A stretch of DNA of 64,000 nucleotides from an uncultured Acidobacteriota bacterium (GTDB taxonomy: Bacteria; Acidobacteriota; Thermoanaerobaculia; Multivoradales; UBA5704), in NCBI GenBank assembly GCA_963700145.1, contig OY969474.1, forward strand, positions 4,992,001 to 5,056,000. The letters run 5' to 3'. Made by a program: the position numbers and the translations under genes. Under the pieces are notes generated by a model that saw only the letters and a list, made by a program, of their open reading frames with translations, ran no database searches and was not told the origin of the DNA. Each line of letters opens with the position of its first letter. The stretch's first letter is position 1. Below, piece after piece: positions 8,528-17,979 of this stretch.

Positions 8528-9379
8528 TCAGACGGGGAGCGGCGCCACCCGCTCGGGGGCGCTGTAGACGTTGAAGCGGTCGCCGCGCAGGAAGCCGACC
8601 AGGGTGACGCCGAAGCTCTGCGCCAGCTCGACCGCCAGGCTGCTCGGCGCCGAAACGGCGCACACCACCGGCACGCCGGCGGCCAGGGTCTTCTGCAGGA
8701 TCTCGAAGCTCGCCCGGCCGCTGACCAGGACGATCCCGGCGGCGAGCGGCAGCCGGCCGGCGAGGAGGGCCCAGCCGACCAGCTTGTCGAGGGCGTTGTG
8801 GCGGCCGACGTCCTCGCGCAAGGCCTGCAGCTCGCCGGCGGCGTCGAAGAGGGCCGCGGCGTGGAGGCCGCCGGTGGCGGCGAAGACCCCCTGCGCGGCG
8901 GCGAGCGCCCGCGGCAGGGCGAGGAGGGTCGCCGGCGCCACGCGCGGCCCCGGCGGCAGCGGCGCCGCGCGCACCCGCAGCGCCTCCAACCCGGCGCGGC
9001 CGCAGACGCCGCAGGCGCTGGTGGCGAAGAAGTGGCGCTCGAGCCCGCCGAGGTCGGGGAGCGGGCGGTCGCCCAGGTCCACCGTCACCACGTTGCCGCG
9101 CGCCCGCGGGTCCTGCGCCTCGGGGTCGCCGGCGGCGATGCCGCGGACCTCCTCGCGGTCGCGGACGATCCCCTCGCCGAAGAGGAAGCCGGCGGCCAGC
9201 TCGGCGTCGGCCCCCGGGGTGCGCATGGTGAGCGCGACGGTGCGCCGCGCGCCGCCGCCGGCAAGCCGGATCTCCAGCGGCTCCTCGGTCGCCAGCTCGT
9301 CGCCGCGGTTCTCGGCGCTCCCCGCGGCGTAGCGGAGGAGCCGGGTCGGCGTCTGGCTGGTCGTGGCTCGTCCCGGCAT
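8528..9379 (-). CDS. fdhD: Formate dehydrogenase accessory sulfurtransferase
   Basis: EEPLEI, MRTPG, SACGVCG, TGGLHAA, EDVGRHNALDK, VSAPSSLA. Confidence 0.95.
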   Translation of the reverse strand: MPGRATTSQTPTRLLRYAAGSAENRGDELATEEPLEIRLAGGGARRTVALTMRTPGADAELAAGFLFGEGIVRDREEVRGIAAGDPEAQDPRARGNVVTVDLGDRPLPDLGGLERHFFATSACGVCGRAGLEALRVRAAPLPPGPRVAPATLLALPRALAAAQGVFAATGGLHAAALFDAAGELQALREDVGRHNALDKLVGWALLAGRLPLAAGIVLVSGRASFEILQKTLAAGVPVVCAVSAPSSLAVELAQSFGVTLVGFLRGDRFNVYSAPERVAPLPV

Positions 9380-9423
9380 GGCTCGCGGCTAACTCCTTGG
9401 CCTCGCCGGCCAAGCCTCTCACA

Positions 9424-9439
9424 GGGCACGCATCTTGCT
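9424..9439 (+). promoter_or_regulatory. Sigma54-like -24/-12 promoter upstream of ku
   Basis: GGGCAC-GCATC-TTGCT, GG-N10-GC, 36 nt before the ku ATG. Confidence 0.6.
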
Positions 9440-9475
9440 CCCTCGGCCCTATGGAGGGTAAAAGGGGGCGAACCC

Positions 9476-10390
9476 ATGGCACGCGCGATCTGGAAGGGCA
9501 GCATCAGCTTCGGTCTGGTCAACATCCCGGTGGGCCTCTACCCGGCGGAGAAGCGCCAGGAGCTCAGCTTCGACCTGCTGGAGAAGAAGAGCAAGTCGCG
9601 CATCCGCTACAAGCGGGTGGCCGAGAAGAGCGGCCGCGAGGTGCCCTGGGAGCAGATCGTCCGCGGCTACGAGTACGAGGACGGCCAATACGTCGTGCTC
9701 TCCGACGAGGACCTGAAGCGCGCCAACCCCGAGGCCACGCAGACGGTGGACATCCTCGACTTCGTCGAGCTGGCGGAGATCGGCACCGTCTACTTCGACA
9801 AGCCCTACTACCTGGGGCCGCAGAAGAAGGGGCAGAAGCCCTACGCCCTGCTGCGCGAGGTGCTGCGGCGCAGCGGCAAGGTGGGGATCGCCAGGGTGGT
9901 CATCCGCACCAAGCAGCACCTGGCGGCGGTGGTGCCGCAGGACGACGTGCTGGTGCTGGAGCTGCTGCGCTTCGCCCACGAGCTGCGCGCCACCGACGAG
10001 CTGGACCTGCCGGGCAAGAACCTCAAGACGCTGGGGATCACCGAGCGCGAGATCGAGATGGGCGAAAAGCTCGTGGCCGGTATGGCCGCCGACTGGGACC
10101 CCGAGCGCTACAAGGACGACTACCGCCGAGACCTCCTGAAGCTGATCGAGAAGCGGGTCGAGGCCGGCGAGCTCGAAGGCGTCGAGGAGCCGGCGCCGCG
10201 ACCGGCGCCGGCGGCCGGGGGCGCCAAGGTCGTCGACCTCATGACGCTGCTCAAGCAGAGCGTCGAGGAGGGCGGCAAGGGCAAGCGGGCCGCCGCCCCG
10301 CGCGGCCGCGCCGCGGCGAGGAAGCGGATGCCGGCGCGCAAGGCCGCGCGCCGCACCGCCAGCCGACGCTCGGCCAAGAAGAGCGCCTGA
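9476..10390 (+). CDS. ku: Non-homologous end-joining protein Ku
   Basis: MARAIWKGSISFGLVNIPVGLY..., YFDKPYYL, VVDLM, basic C-terminal tail. Confidence 0.97.
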   Translation: MARAIWKGSISFGLVNIPVGLYPAEKRQELSFDLLEKKSKSRIRYKRVAEKSGREVPWEQIVRGYEYEDGQYVVLSDEDLKRANPEATQTVDILDFVELAEIGTVYFDKPYYLGPQKKGQKPYALLREVLRRSGKVGIARVVIRTKQHLAAVVPQDDVLVLELLRFAHELRATDELDLPGKNLKTLGITEREIEMGEKLVAGMAADWDPERYKDDYRRDLLKLIEKRVEAGELEGVEEPAPRPAPAAGGAKVVDLMTLLKQSVEEGGKGKRAAAPRGRAAARKRMPARKAARRTASRRSAKKSA

Positions 10391-10414
10391 TCCGGGCCGG
10401 CCGACCGAGACCCC

Positions 10415-13183
10415 ATGCCCCTCGACGAGTACCGCCGCAAGCGGGACTTCGCGGTCACCCCCGAGCCCGCGGGCAAGCGTAAACCCGCCCGCGGCGGCGC
10501 CGCCTCCAAGAAACGCAAGAAGAAGCCCAAGGGGCTCTCCTTCGTCATCCAGAAGCACGCCGCGACCCGCCTGCACTACGACTTCCGCCTCGAGATGGAA
10601 GGGGTGCTGCGGAGCTGGGCGGTGCCCAAGGGGCCGAGCCTCGACCCGGCCGAGAAGCGCCTGGCGGTCCACGTCGAGGACCATCCGCTCGACTACGGCG
10701 ACTTCGAAGGGGTGATCCCCAAGGGGCAGTACGGCGGCGGCACGGTGCTGCTCTGGGACCGCGGCACCTGGGAGGCCCTCGAGGGCGATCCGGTCGAGGC
10801 CTACCGCAAGGGGCGGCTCAAGTTCCGGCTCGACGGCGAGAAGCTCCAGGGCGGCTGGATGCTGGTGCGCACCGGCGGCCGCGCCGGCAGCGAGTACGGC
10901 AAGGAGAACTGGCTGCTGATCAAGGAGCGCGACGAGGCGGCGCGGCCGGGGAGCGGCGACGCCATCGTGCGCGAGCGACCGGAGAGCGTGACGACGGGGC
11001 AGACCCTGGAAGAGATCGCCGCCGATCCGCAGCGGGTGTGGCAGTCGAACCGGGAAGAGAAGGAGGGTAAGGATACGGTCAAGGCGCGGCTGCGCGCGGC
11101 GGCCGCCCGCGGCAAGGAGGCCGCCCGGGGCAAGGAGAAAACCGGCAAGGTGGCCGCGAAGAGCGCGCCCGCGGCGCAGCGCGCCAAGCCCGCGAAGAGC
11201 CCTTCCCTACCCGATCTTTCTTCGATTCCCGGCGTCAAGAAAGGCCCGCTGCCCGGCGAGATCGAGCCGCAGCTCGCCACCCTGGTCGACGAGCCGCCGC
11301 GCGGCGAGGGCTGGCTGCACGAGATCAAGTACGACGGCTACCGCCTCCTCGGCGAGGTCGCCAAGGGGAAGGCGCGCCTCCTCACCCGCCACGCCAAGGA
11401 CTGGACCGACAGCTTCCCGCCGGTGGCGCGCGCCGCCGCCGAGCTGCCGGTCCGCCAGGCGCTCCTCGACGGCGAGGTCGTGGTGCTCCAGCCGGACGGC
11501 AGGACCAGCTTCCAGGCGCTGCAGAACGCGATCAAGGACCGGCGCGGCGAGCTGGTCTTCTTCGCCTTCGACCTCCTCCACCTCGACGGCTGGGACCTGC
11601 GCGGCGCGCCGCTGGTCGAGCGCAAGCGGGTGCTCGAGGAGCTGCTGGGGGCCGCCGAGGACGGCGGGGCGCTCCGCTTCTCCGGCCACGTCGAGGGGCG
11701 CGGCGAGGAGTTCTACCGCAGCGCCTGCGGCCACAAGCTCGAAGGGATCGTCGCCAAGCGCGCCGACCGGCCCTACCGCTCCGGCCGCGGGCGCGACTGG
11801 CTCAAGGTCAAGTGCCTGTCGCGGCAGGAGTTCGTGATCGTCGGCTACACCGACCCCGAGGGCTCGCGGACGGGCTTCGGGGCGCTGCTGCTCGCCGTGC
11901 GCGAGCCGGCGCGGCAGGAGGATGGCGGCCTGGTCTTCGCCGGCAAGGCCGGCACCGGTTTCGACGAGAAGACGCTGCGCGAGCTGCACAAGCGGCTGCG
12001 CAAGCTGGAGCGCAAGACCCCCGCCTTCGCCAACCCGCCGCGCGGCGCCGAGGCCCGCCGCTCGCACTGGGTGGAACCGAAGCTGGTAGCCGAGGTGGCC
12101 TTCACCGAGTGGACCGACGAGGGGCTGCTGCGCCACCCCGCGTTCCTCGGCCTGCGCGAGGACAAGAAGCCGGAGGAGATCGTGCGCGAGCGTCCGGTCG
12201 ATCAAAAGGCGGCGGAGCCGCCGGCGGAGCGGTCGCGTGCCGCGACCGCTCCTTCACCCTCCGGCAAGCCGAAGAAAGAGAAGGTCGAGATCGCCGGCGT
12301 CACACTCAGCAACCCGGACAAGGTCCTCTACCCGGAGTCGGGGACCACCAAGCGCGACCTGGCGCTCTTCTACGAAGGGATCGGCGACTGGCTCCTGCCC
12401 CACCTCAAGGGCCGGCCGCTCACCATGCTGCGCTGCCCGGAGGGGCGTACCAAGGAGTGCTTCTACCAAAAGCACATCAACGACCAGTTCCCCGACTCGA
12501 TCGAGCGGGTGTACGTCGACGGGCCGAAGGAGCAGCCCTACGGCGCCGTGCGCACCCTGCACGGCGTCGTCTGGCTGGTGCAGCTCGGCGTCCTCGAGCT
12601 GCACGTCTGGGGGGCGCACAGCGACCAGTTCGAGAAGCCGGACATGATGGTCTTCGACCTCGACCCGGACGAGGGGCTGCCCTGGGAACGGGTGGCGGAG
12701 GCGGCGCTACGGATGCGCGCGCGGCTCGACGAGCTGGGGCTGCGCAGCTTCCTCAAGACCACCGGCGGCAAGGGGCTGCACGTCGTCGTGCCGGTCGCCC
12801 GCCGCACCGGCTGGGACGACTTCAAGGCCTTCTCGAAGGCGGTGGCCGAGTCGATCGTCGCCGAGGAGCCCAAGCGCTACACCGCGATGATCCCCAAGGC
12901 CCACCGCAAGGGGAAAGTGCTGCTCGACTACCTGCGCAACGGCCGCGGCGCCACCGCCGTCGTCGCCTACTCGACCCGCGCGCGCCCCGGCGCGACCGTC
13001 TCCACCCCGCTCTTCTGGGAGGAGCTGGTCGACCCCGAGCTGCGCGGCTCAAACTTCACCGTCGCCACCGTTCCCGCCCGGCTCGACAAGCTCAAGTCGG
13101 ACCCCTGGGAGGAGTTCTTCTCGGTACGCCAATCCATCACCGCCGACATGCGGAAAGCCGTCGGCCTCAGGAGCCCGTCATGA
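10415..13183 (+). CDS. ligD: DNA ligase D (phosphoesterase-ligase-polymerase)
   Basis: PE domain (HYDFRLE, HVEDHP), ligase EIKYDGYR and WLKVK, primase-polymerase FDLDP and KTTGGKGLH. Confidence 0.97.
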   Translation: MPLDEYRRKRDFAVTPEPAGKRKPARGGAASKKRKKKPKGLSFVIQKHAATRLHYDFRLEMEGVLRSWAVPKGPSLDPAEKRLAVHVEDHPLDYGDFEGVIPKGQYGGGTVLLWDRGTWEALEGDPVEAYRKGRLKFRLDGEKLQGGWMLVRTGGRAGSEYGKENWLLIKERDEAARPGSGDAIVRERPESVTTGQTLEEIAADPQRVWQSNREEKEGKDTVKARLRAAAARGKEAARGKEKTGKVAAKSAPAAQRAKPAKSPSLPDLSSIPGVKKGPLPGEIEPQLATLVDEPPRGEGWLHEIKYDGYRLLGEVAKGKARLLTRHAKDWTDSFPPVARAAAELPVRQALLDGEVVVLQPDGRTSFQALQNAIKDRRGELVFFAFDLLHLDGWDLRGAPLVERKRVLEELLGAAEDGGALRFSGHVEGRGEEFYRSACGHKLEGIVAKRADRPYRSGRGRDWLKVKCLSRQEFVIVGYTDPEGSRTGFGALLLAVREPARQEDGGLVFAGKAGTGFDEKTLRELHKRLRKLERKTPAFANPPRGAEARRSHWVEPKLVAEVAFTEWTDEGLLRHPAFLGLREDKKPEEIVRERPVDQKAAEPPAERSRAATAPSPSGKPKKEKVEIAGVTLSNPDKVLYPESGTTKRDLALFYEGIGDWLLPHLKGRPLTMLRCPEGRTKECFYQKHINDQFPDSIERVYVDGPKEQPYGAVRTLHGVVWLVQLGVLELHVWGAHSDQFEKPDMMVFDLDPDEGLPWERVAEAALRMRARLDELGLRSFLKTTGGKGLHVVVPVARRTGWDDFKAFSKAVAESIVAEEPKRYTAMIPKAHRKGKVLLDYLRNGRGATAVVAYSTRARPGATVSTPLFWEELVDPELRGSNFTVATVPARLDKLKSDPWEEFFSVRQSITADMRKAVGLRSPS

Positions 13184-14979
13184 AACTGCGCATCGCCCTG
13201 CTGTTCGTCCTCTGCGCCGCCTGCGCCCGCGGCGGCGAAGGGGAAGCCACGCTCCCCGCCACCGTCGGCGAGCTCGTCCGCGCCACCCTCGAAGCGCCGG
13301 TGCCGGCGGAGATCAAGGGGGAGGAGGAGCGCCGCCACGTCTGGGCCGACATGCGCCGCTTCTACCGCAAGCGGCTCTGGCACCCCGCCTGGTTCGACGC
13401 CAGCGGCCCCCTGCCGGCGACGCAGAGCCTCCTCGAAGCCATCCCGATCGTGGCGCGCGAGGGGATCGAGCCCGCGCACTACCGGCGCGAGGAGCTGGCG
13501 GCCTACCTCGCGGCGCTGCAGGACCCCGCCACCTTCGAGGACCCGCAGGTGCAGCGCCGGCTGGTCGCCGCCGACCTGCGCTTCACCTACGCCTTCATGA
13601 CGCTGGCCCACCACCTCGCCGTCGGGCGGTTCAAGCCCGGCTCGATCAAGGCCGAGTGGTACACCAAGCCGCGCGACCCCAACCTCGGCGAGCTGCTGAC
13701 GGCGATGATCGAGAAGCCGGAGGCGCTGGGCTCGGGGCTCGAGGCCCTGGCGCCGCCGCACGAGGCCTACGGGCGCCTGCGCACCGCGCTCCGCACCTAC
13801 CGCGACATCGCCGCCGCCGGCGGCTGGCCGGTGGTGCCGCCGGGGCCGACCCTCAAGAAGGGGGCGACCGGCGAGCGCGTGGCGGCGCTGCGCCAGCGCC
13901 TCGCCGCGAGCGGCGACCTGCCCGGGGAGGGTGGCGCCGTCGCGGCCGCGCCGGCCGACGAAGGCGAGGAGAGCGGGGCGACCGAGAAGCGCGGCTGGCT
14001 CGCCAAGCGGCGCGCCCGCGCCGAGGCGAAGGCCGAGGCCAAAGCCGAGGCCAAGGCCGCCGCGGAGGCCGCCGCCGCCGCGGCGCAGGCCCCGCCGGCC
14101 GTCTACGACGAGGCGCTGGAAGCGGCGGTGCGCCGCTTCCAGGTCCGCCACGGCCTCGAGGAGACCGGCACCGTCGGCAAGGACACCCTCGCCGCCCTCA
14201 ACGTGCCGGTCGCCGAGCGGGTGCGGCAGATCGAGCTCAACCTGGAGCGCTGGCGCTGGATGCCCGGCGACCTCGGCGAAAACCACATCTTCGTCAACGT
14301 CCCGGCCTACGGCCTGCGCGTCGTCGAGGGGAAGGAGACGCCGCTGGCGATGAAGGTGATCGTCGGCAAGGACCAGAGCCGCACCCCGGCCTTCAGCGAC
14401 CAGATGACCTACCTCGAGCTCAACCCCTGGTGGAACATCCCGCCGTCGATCGAGAAGAACGAGATCATGCCCAAGGTGGCTTCCGACCCGGGGTACCTGG
14501 CGCGCAACGACATGGAGATCGTCAGCGACGGCGGCGAGAGCCGCATCCGCCAACGGCCGGGGCCGGCGAACCCGCTGGGGCAGATCAAGTTCATGTTCCC
14601 CAACCAGTTCAACATCTACCTCCACGACACGCCCGCCGACCACCTCTTCGACGTCGCCGAGCGCGGCTTCAGCCACGGCTGCATCCGCATCGAGAAGCCG
14701 ATGGAGCTCGCCGAGTACCTGCTGCGCGGCGACCCCAAGTGGAGCCGCGCGGCGATCCAGGCGGCGATCGACACCGGCGAGAACCGCTCGATCAAGCTGC
14801 CGCAGCCGATCGCGGTGCACATCCTCTACTGGACCGCCTGGATGGAGCCGGACGGGACGGTGCAGTTCCGCGACGACCTCTACGGCCACGACGCGGACTT
14901 GAAGAAGGCGCTGGCCCAGGAGCCGCCGGTCGACCTCGACCTGCGCGGTCTCGAGGAGGCGGTGCGAGCGTCGCGGTAA
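13180..14979 (+). CDS. L,D-transpeptidase (YcbB/LdtD-like) with peptidoglycan-binding domain
   Basis: Signal/lipobox, NLERWRW, IYLHDTP and SHGCIR catalytic motifs; ATGA overlap with the ligD stop. Confidence 0.92.
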   Translation: MKLRIALLFVLCAACARGGEGEATLPATVGELVRATLEAPVPAEIKGEEERRHVWADMRRFYRKRLWHPAWFDASGPLPATQSLLEAIPIVAREGIEPAHYRREELAAYLAALQDPATFEDPQVQRRLVAADLRFTYAFMTLAHHLAVGRFKPGSIKAEWYTKPRDPNLGELLTAMIEKPEALGSGLEALAPPHEAYGRLRTALRTYRDIAAAGGWPVVPPGPTLKKGATGERVAALRQRLAASGDLPGEGGAVAAAPADEGEESGATEKRGWLAKRRARAEAKAEAKAEAKAAAEAAAAAAQAPPAVYDEALEAAVRRFQVRHGLEETGTVGKDTLAALNVPVAERVRQIELNLERWRWMPGDLGENHIFVNVPAYGLRVVEGKETPLAMKVIVGKDQSRTPAFSDQMTYLELNPWWNIPPSIEKNEIMPKVASDPGYLARNDMEIVSDGGESRIRQRPGPANPLGQIKFMFPNQFNIYLHDTPADHLFDVAERGFSHGCIRIEKPMELAEYLLRGDPKWSRAAIQAAIDTGENRSIKLPQPIAVHILYWTAWMEPDGTVQFRDDLYGHDADLKKALAQEPPVDLDLRGLEEAVRASR

Positions 14980-15003
14980 ACGCAAGGTCCGGCGAGTGAG
15001 CGT

Positions 15004-15969
15004 ATGAGGTCGCTTTCATTTTGCACGGTGATGGGCCGCAACTACCTCACGCGCGGACTCGCGCTCTACGAATCCCTGCGCCGGCACAGCCCGAGCTTCG
15101 ACCTCTTCGTCCTCTGCAGGGATGGGACGACGTTCGCAACACTGCAGCACCTGGCTCTGGAAGGCTTGAGGCCTGTCCCGTTCGACGACGTCGCGGACGA
15201 AGCCTTGCTGGAGGCCGCCGAGGGGCGCACGGAGAAGGAGCTCAGCGTCACCTGCAAATCGTTCTTCACGCTGTGGCTGCTGCGCCGGCATCCGGAAATC
15301 GAATGCCTCAGCTTTCTGGACGGCGATCTCTTCTTCTTCTCGAATCCGGGGGCATTGCTCGATCAGATGGGAGACGCGTCGGTCGCGATGACCGAGCACC
15401 GCTTCCCCGCTCGTCTCGAGCCGGAGACATCGCGCGATCACGGCGTTTTCAACGGCGGCTGGCTCTGTTTCCGCCGCGACGCGCGCGGCCTCGCCTGCCT
15501 GCAAGACTGGAGCGAGCGCTGCCTCGAGTGGTGCTTCGAGCGCGTGGAGGACGGCAAGTACGGCGACCAGAAATACCTGGAGGACTGGCCGCGCCGCTTC
15601 GACGGCGTCGTCGTCCTGAAGCACAAGGGAGCGAACCTCGCGCCGTGGAACGTGGAGGATTACGGCGTCAGCCGGCGAAACGGACAGGTCTTCGTCGACG
15701 GCGCGCCCGTCATCTTTTATCACTTCAGCGGCCTGCGTCAGGTCCGGCCGTGGCTGTATCAATCCGGATTGATGCTCCCGGCGAAAGGCGCGCTGCGCCG
15801 CTGGGTATACCGTCCGTATTTGCGCACGCTCGCGCGCTGGGAGAAGCAGGTCGGCCGCCATCTCGAGCCGGATTGCGGATTTCAGACCGCGGCCGGCGGG
15901 TACTCCGAGATCGCCAGGCACTGGTGGAGCGGCCGCATGATGTGGAAGGTGCCCGTGCACCTGTGGTAG
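15004..15969 (+). CDS. Putative GT-A fold glycosyltransferase
   Basis: FLDGDLFFF (DxD), FNGG, DQKYL, NLAPWN, FYHFSG motifs. Confidence 0.75.
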   Translation: MRSLSFCTVMGRNYLTRGLALYESLRRHSPSFDLFVLCRDGTTFATLQHLALEGLRPVPFDDVADEALLEAAEGRTEKELSVTCKSFFTLWLLRRHPEIECLSFLDGDLFFFSNPGALLDQMGDASVAMTEHRFPARLEPETSRDHGVFNGGWLCFRRDARGLACLQDWSERCLEWCFERVEDGKYGDQKYLEDWPRRFDGVVVLKHKGANLAPWNVEDYGVSRRNGQVFVDGAPVIFYHFSGLRQVRPWLYQSGLMLPAKGALRRWVYRPYLRTLARWEKQVGRHLEPDCGFQTAAGGYSEIARHWWSGRMMWKVPVHLW

Positions 15970-15991
15970 CGCGGTAGATTCTCACGCTCCG

Positions 15992-17974
15992 ATGCCTGCT
16001 CCTCCGCTGCAGCTCGCCATCGTCGGCTGCGGCGCGATCACGGAGCGCGTGCACCTGCCGGCGACCGTCCGGCTCGACGGCGTGCGGGTCGCCGCCCTGG
16101 TGGACGCGCGGCCAGAGCGCGCCGAGGCCCTCGCCGAGAAGTGGGGCGTGCCGCGGGCGGTGGCCGCGCTCTCCGAGCTGCACACGCTCCCCGACGCCGC
16201 CATCGTCGCCCTCCCCCACTGCCTGCACGCGCCGGTGAGCCTCGAGCTGCTGCGCCAGGGCGTGCACGTCCTGGTCGAGAAGCCGATGGCGCTCACTGCC
16301 GCAGAGTGCGACGCGATGATCCGCGCCGCCGAGGAGGCCGGCGTGCGGCTCGCCGTCGGGCTGGTCCGCCGCTTCCATCCCGTCACCCGCCGTGTCGCGG
16401 AGGTCCTCGCCGGCGGCGTCCTCGGCCGCTTGGTGAGCTTCGACGTGCGCGAGGGGCGGATCTTCGACTGGCCGGCGACCTCCGACACCCTCCTCCGCCG
16501 CGCCACCGCCGGGGGCGGGGTGCTCGTCGACACCGGTGTCCACGTCCTCGACCTCCTCCTCCACTGGCTCGGCGAGCTGGAGGTCCTGGAGTGCCGCGAG
16601 GACGGCCGGGGGGGCGTGGAGGCCGAGGCCGAGGTGCACCTGGCGACGGCGGGAGGTGCGCGCGGCGTGGTCGAGCTGAGCCGCACCCGCACGCTGCGCA
16701 ACACGATCCGGATCCAGGGCGCGCAGGGCACCCTGGAGGCCAGCTTCGTCACCAACGAGGTGACGGTCCGCATCGGCGCCGCCGCCGCGCGGCGTGAGAC
16801 GTGCGAAAGCGGCGACGTCTTCGGCGCCCAGCTCGCCGACTGGGTGGCGTCCATCCGGGAAGGTCGTCCGCCCGCCGTCCCCGGCACCGAGGGGCGGCGC
16901 TCGGTCGCGCTGATCGAGGCCTGCGCCGCCCGCAGCCGGCCGTTCCTCCATCCCTGGGATTCGCCCGACCCGTCTCTCTCGGCCACGGACGGCGAGAGCG
17001 GCCTGCGCGGCCGCACGGTCCTGGTCACCGGCGGCACCGGCTTCCTCGGCGGCCGGGTGGTCGAGAAGCTGGCCCTCGAGCACAGGGCGCGGGTGCGCGT
17101 CCTGGTGCGCGACTTCGCGCGCGCCTGCCGCGCGGCGCGGCTCGACGTCGAGCTCGCGGCCGGCAGCGTCACCGACGCGGCGGCGGTGGCCCGCGCCGCG
17201 CGCGGCTGCGAGGCGATCGTCCACTGCGCCTACGGCAACCGCGGCACGCCCGAGGAGCAACGCGCGGTCAACGTCGAAGGCACGGCGGCGGTGGTCCGCG
17301 CCGCGTTGGAGGCCGGCGTCTCGCGCCTCGTGCACGTCAGCACGATCGTCGTCTACGGCCGGACCGTCGAAGGCGACCTCGACGAGACCACCGCCTACGG
17401 GCCGCCGGGGGACCTCTACGCCGAGACCAAGGCCGAGGCGGAGCGCCTCGTCCTCGACGCCCACCGACGCCACGGGCTCCCCGCCGTCGTCGTGCAGCCG
17501 ACCGTCGTGTACGGTCCCTGGGGGCCGGTCTTCACGATCGACCCCCTAGAGCAGCTCGCCACCTGCGGAGTGGTGCTGGTGGACGGCGGCGAGGGGCTGT
17601 GCAACGCCGTCTACGTCGACGACGCCGCCGACGCGCTCGTCCTCGCCGCCACGCGCGATTCCGCCGTGGGCGAGGTCTTCGTCCTCTCCGGCGCGGAGCC
17701 CGTGACTTGGAAGGAATTCTACGCCGCCTACGAGCGGATGCTCGGCGTCTCGGCCACCATCCCGATGGGCGCCGCGGAGCTGCACGCCCTCGCCCGCGAC
17801 GGCGCGGCGGCGCCGTTCCGCGTCCCCGGCCCGCGCTCGATCGACTTCTTCGCCGCCCGCACGCGCGTGCGCAGCGACAAGGCGGAGCGGCTCCTCGGCT
17901 ACCGGCCGCGCTTCGATCTGCCGCGCGGCATGGCGATCACCGAGGCCTGGGCGCGCTGGGCGGGGCTGGTCTAG
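15992..17974 (+). CDS. Gfo/Idh/MocA oxidoreductase fused to NAD-dependent epimerase/dehydratase
   Basis: N-half GCGAI, EKP, DTGVH; C-half VTGGTGFLG and YAETK (YxxxK). Confidence 0.88.
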   Translation: MPAPPLQLAIVGCGAITERVHLPATVRLDGVRVAALVDARPERAEALAEKWGVPRAVAALSELHTLPDAAIVALPHCLHAPVSLELLRQGVHVLVEKPMALTAAECDAMIRAAEEAGVRLAVGLVRRFHPVTRRVAEVLAGGVLGRLVSFDVREGRIFDWPATSDTLLRRATAGGGVLVDTGVHVLDLLLHWLGELEVLECREDGRGGVEAEAEVHLATAGGARGVVELSRTRTLRNTIRIQGAQGTLEASFVTNEVTVRIGAAAARRETCESGDVFGAQLADWVASIREGRPPAVPGTEGRRSVALIEACAARSRPFLHPWDSPDPSLSATDGESGLRGRTVLVTGGTGFLGGRVVEKLALEHRARVRVLVRDFARACRAARLDVELAAGSVTDAAAVARAARGCEAIVHCAYGNRGTPEEQRAVNVEGTAAVVRAALEAGVSRLVHVSTIVVYGRTVEGDLDETTAYGPPGDLYAETKAEAERLVLDAHRRHGLPAVVVQPTVVYGPWGPVFTIDPLEQLATCGVVLVDGGEGLCNAVYVDDAADALVLAATRDSAVGEVFVLSGAEPVTWKEFYAAYERMLGVSATIPMGAAELHALARDGAAAPFRVPGPRSIDFFAARTRVRSDKAERLLGYRPRFDLPRGMAITEAWARWAGLV

Positions 17975-17979
17975 GCGCG

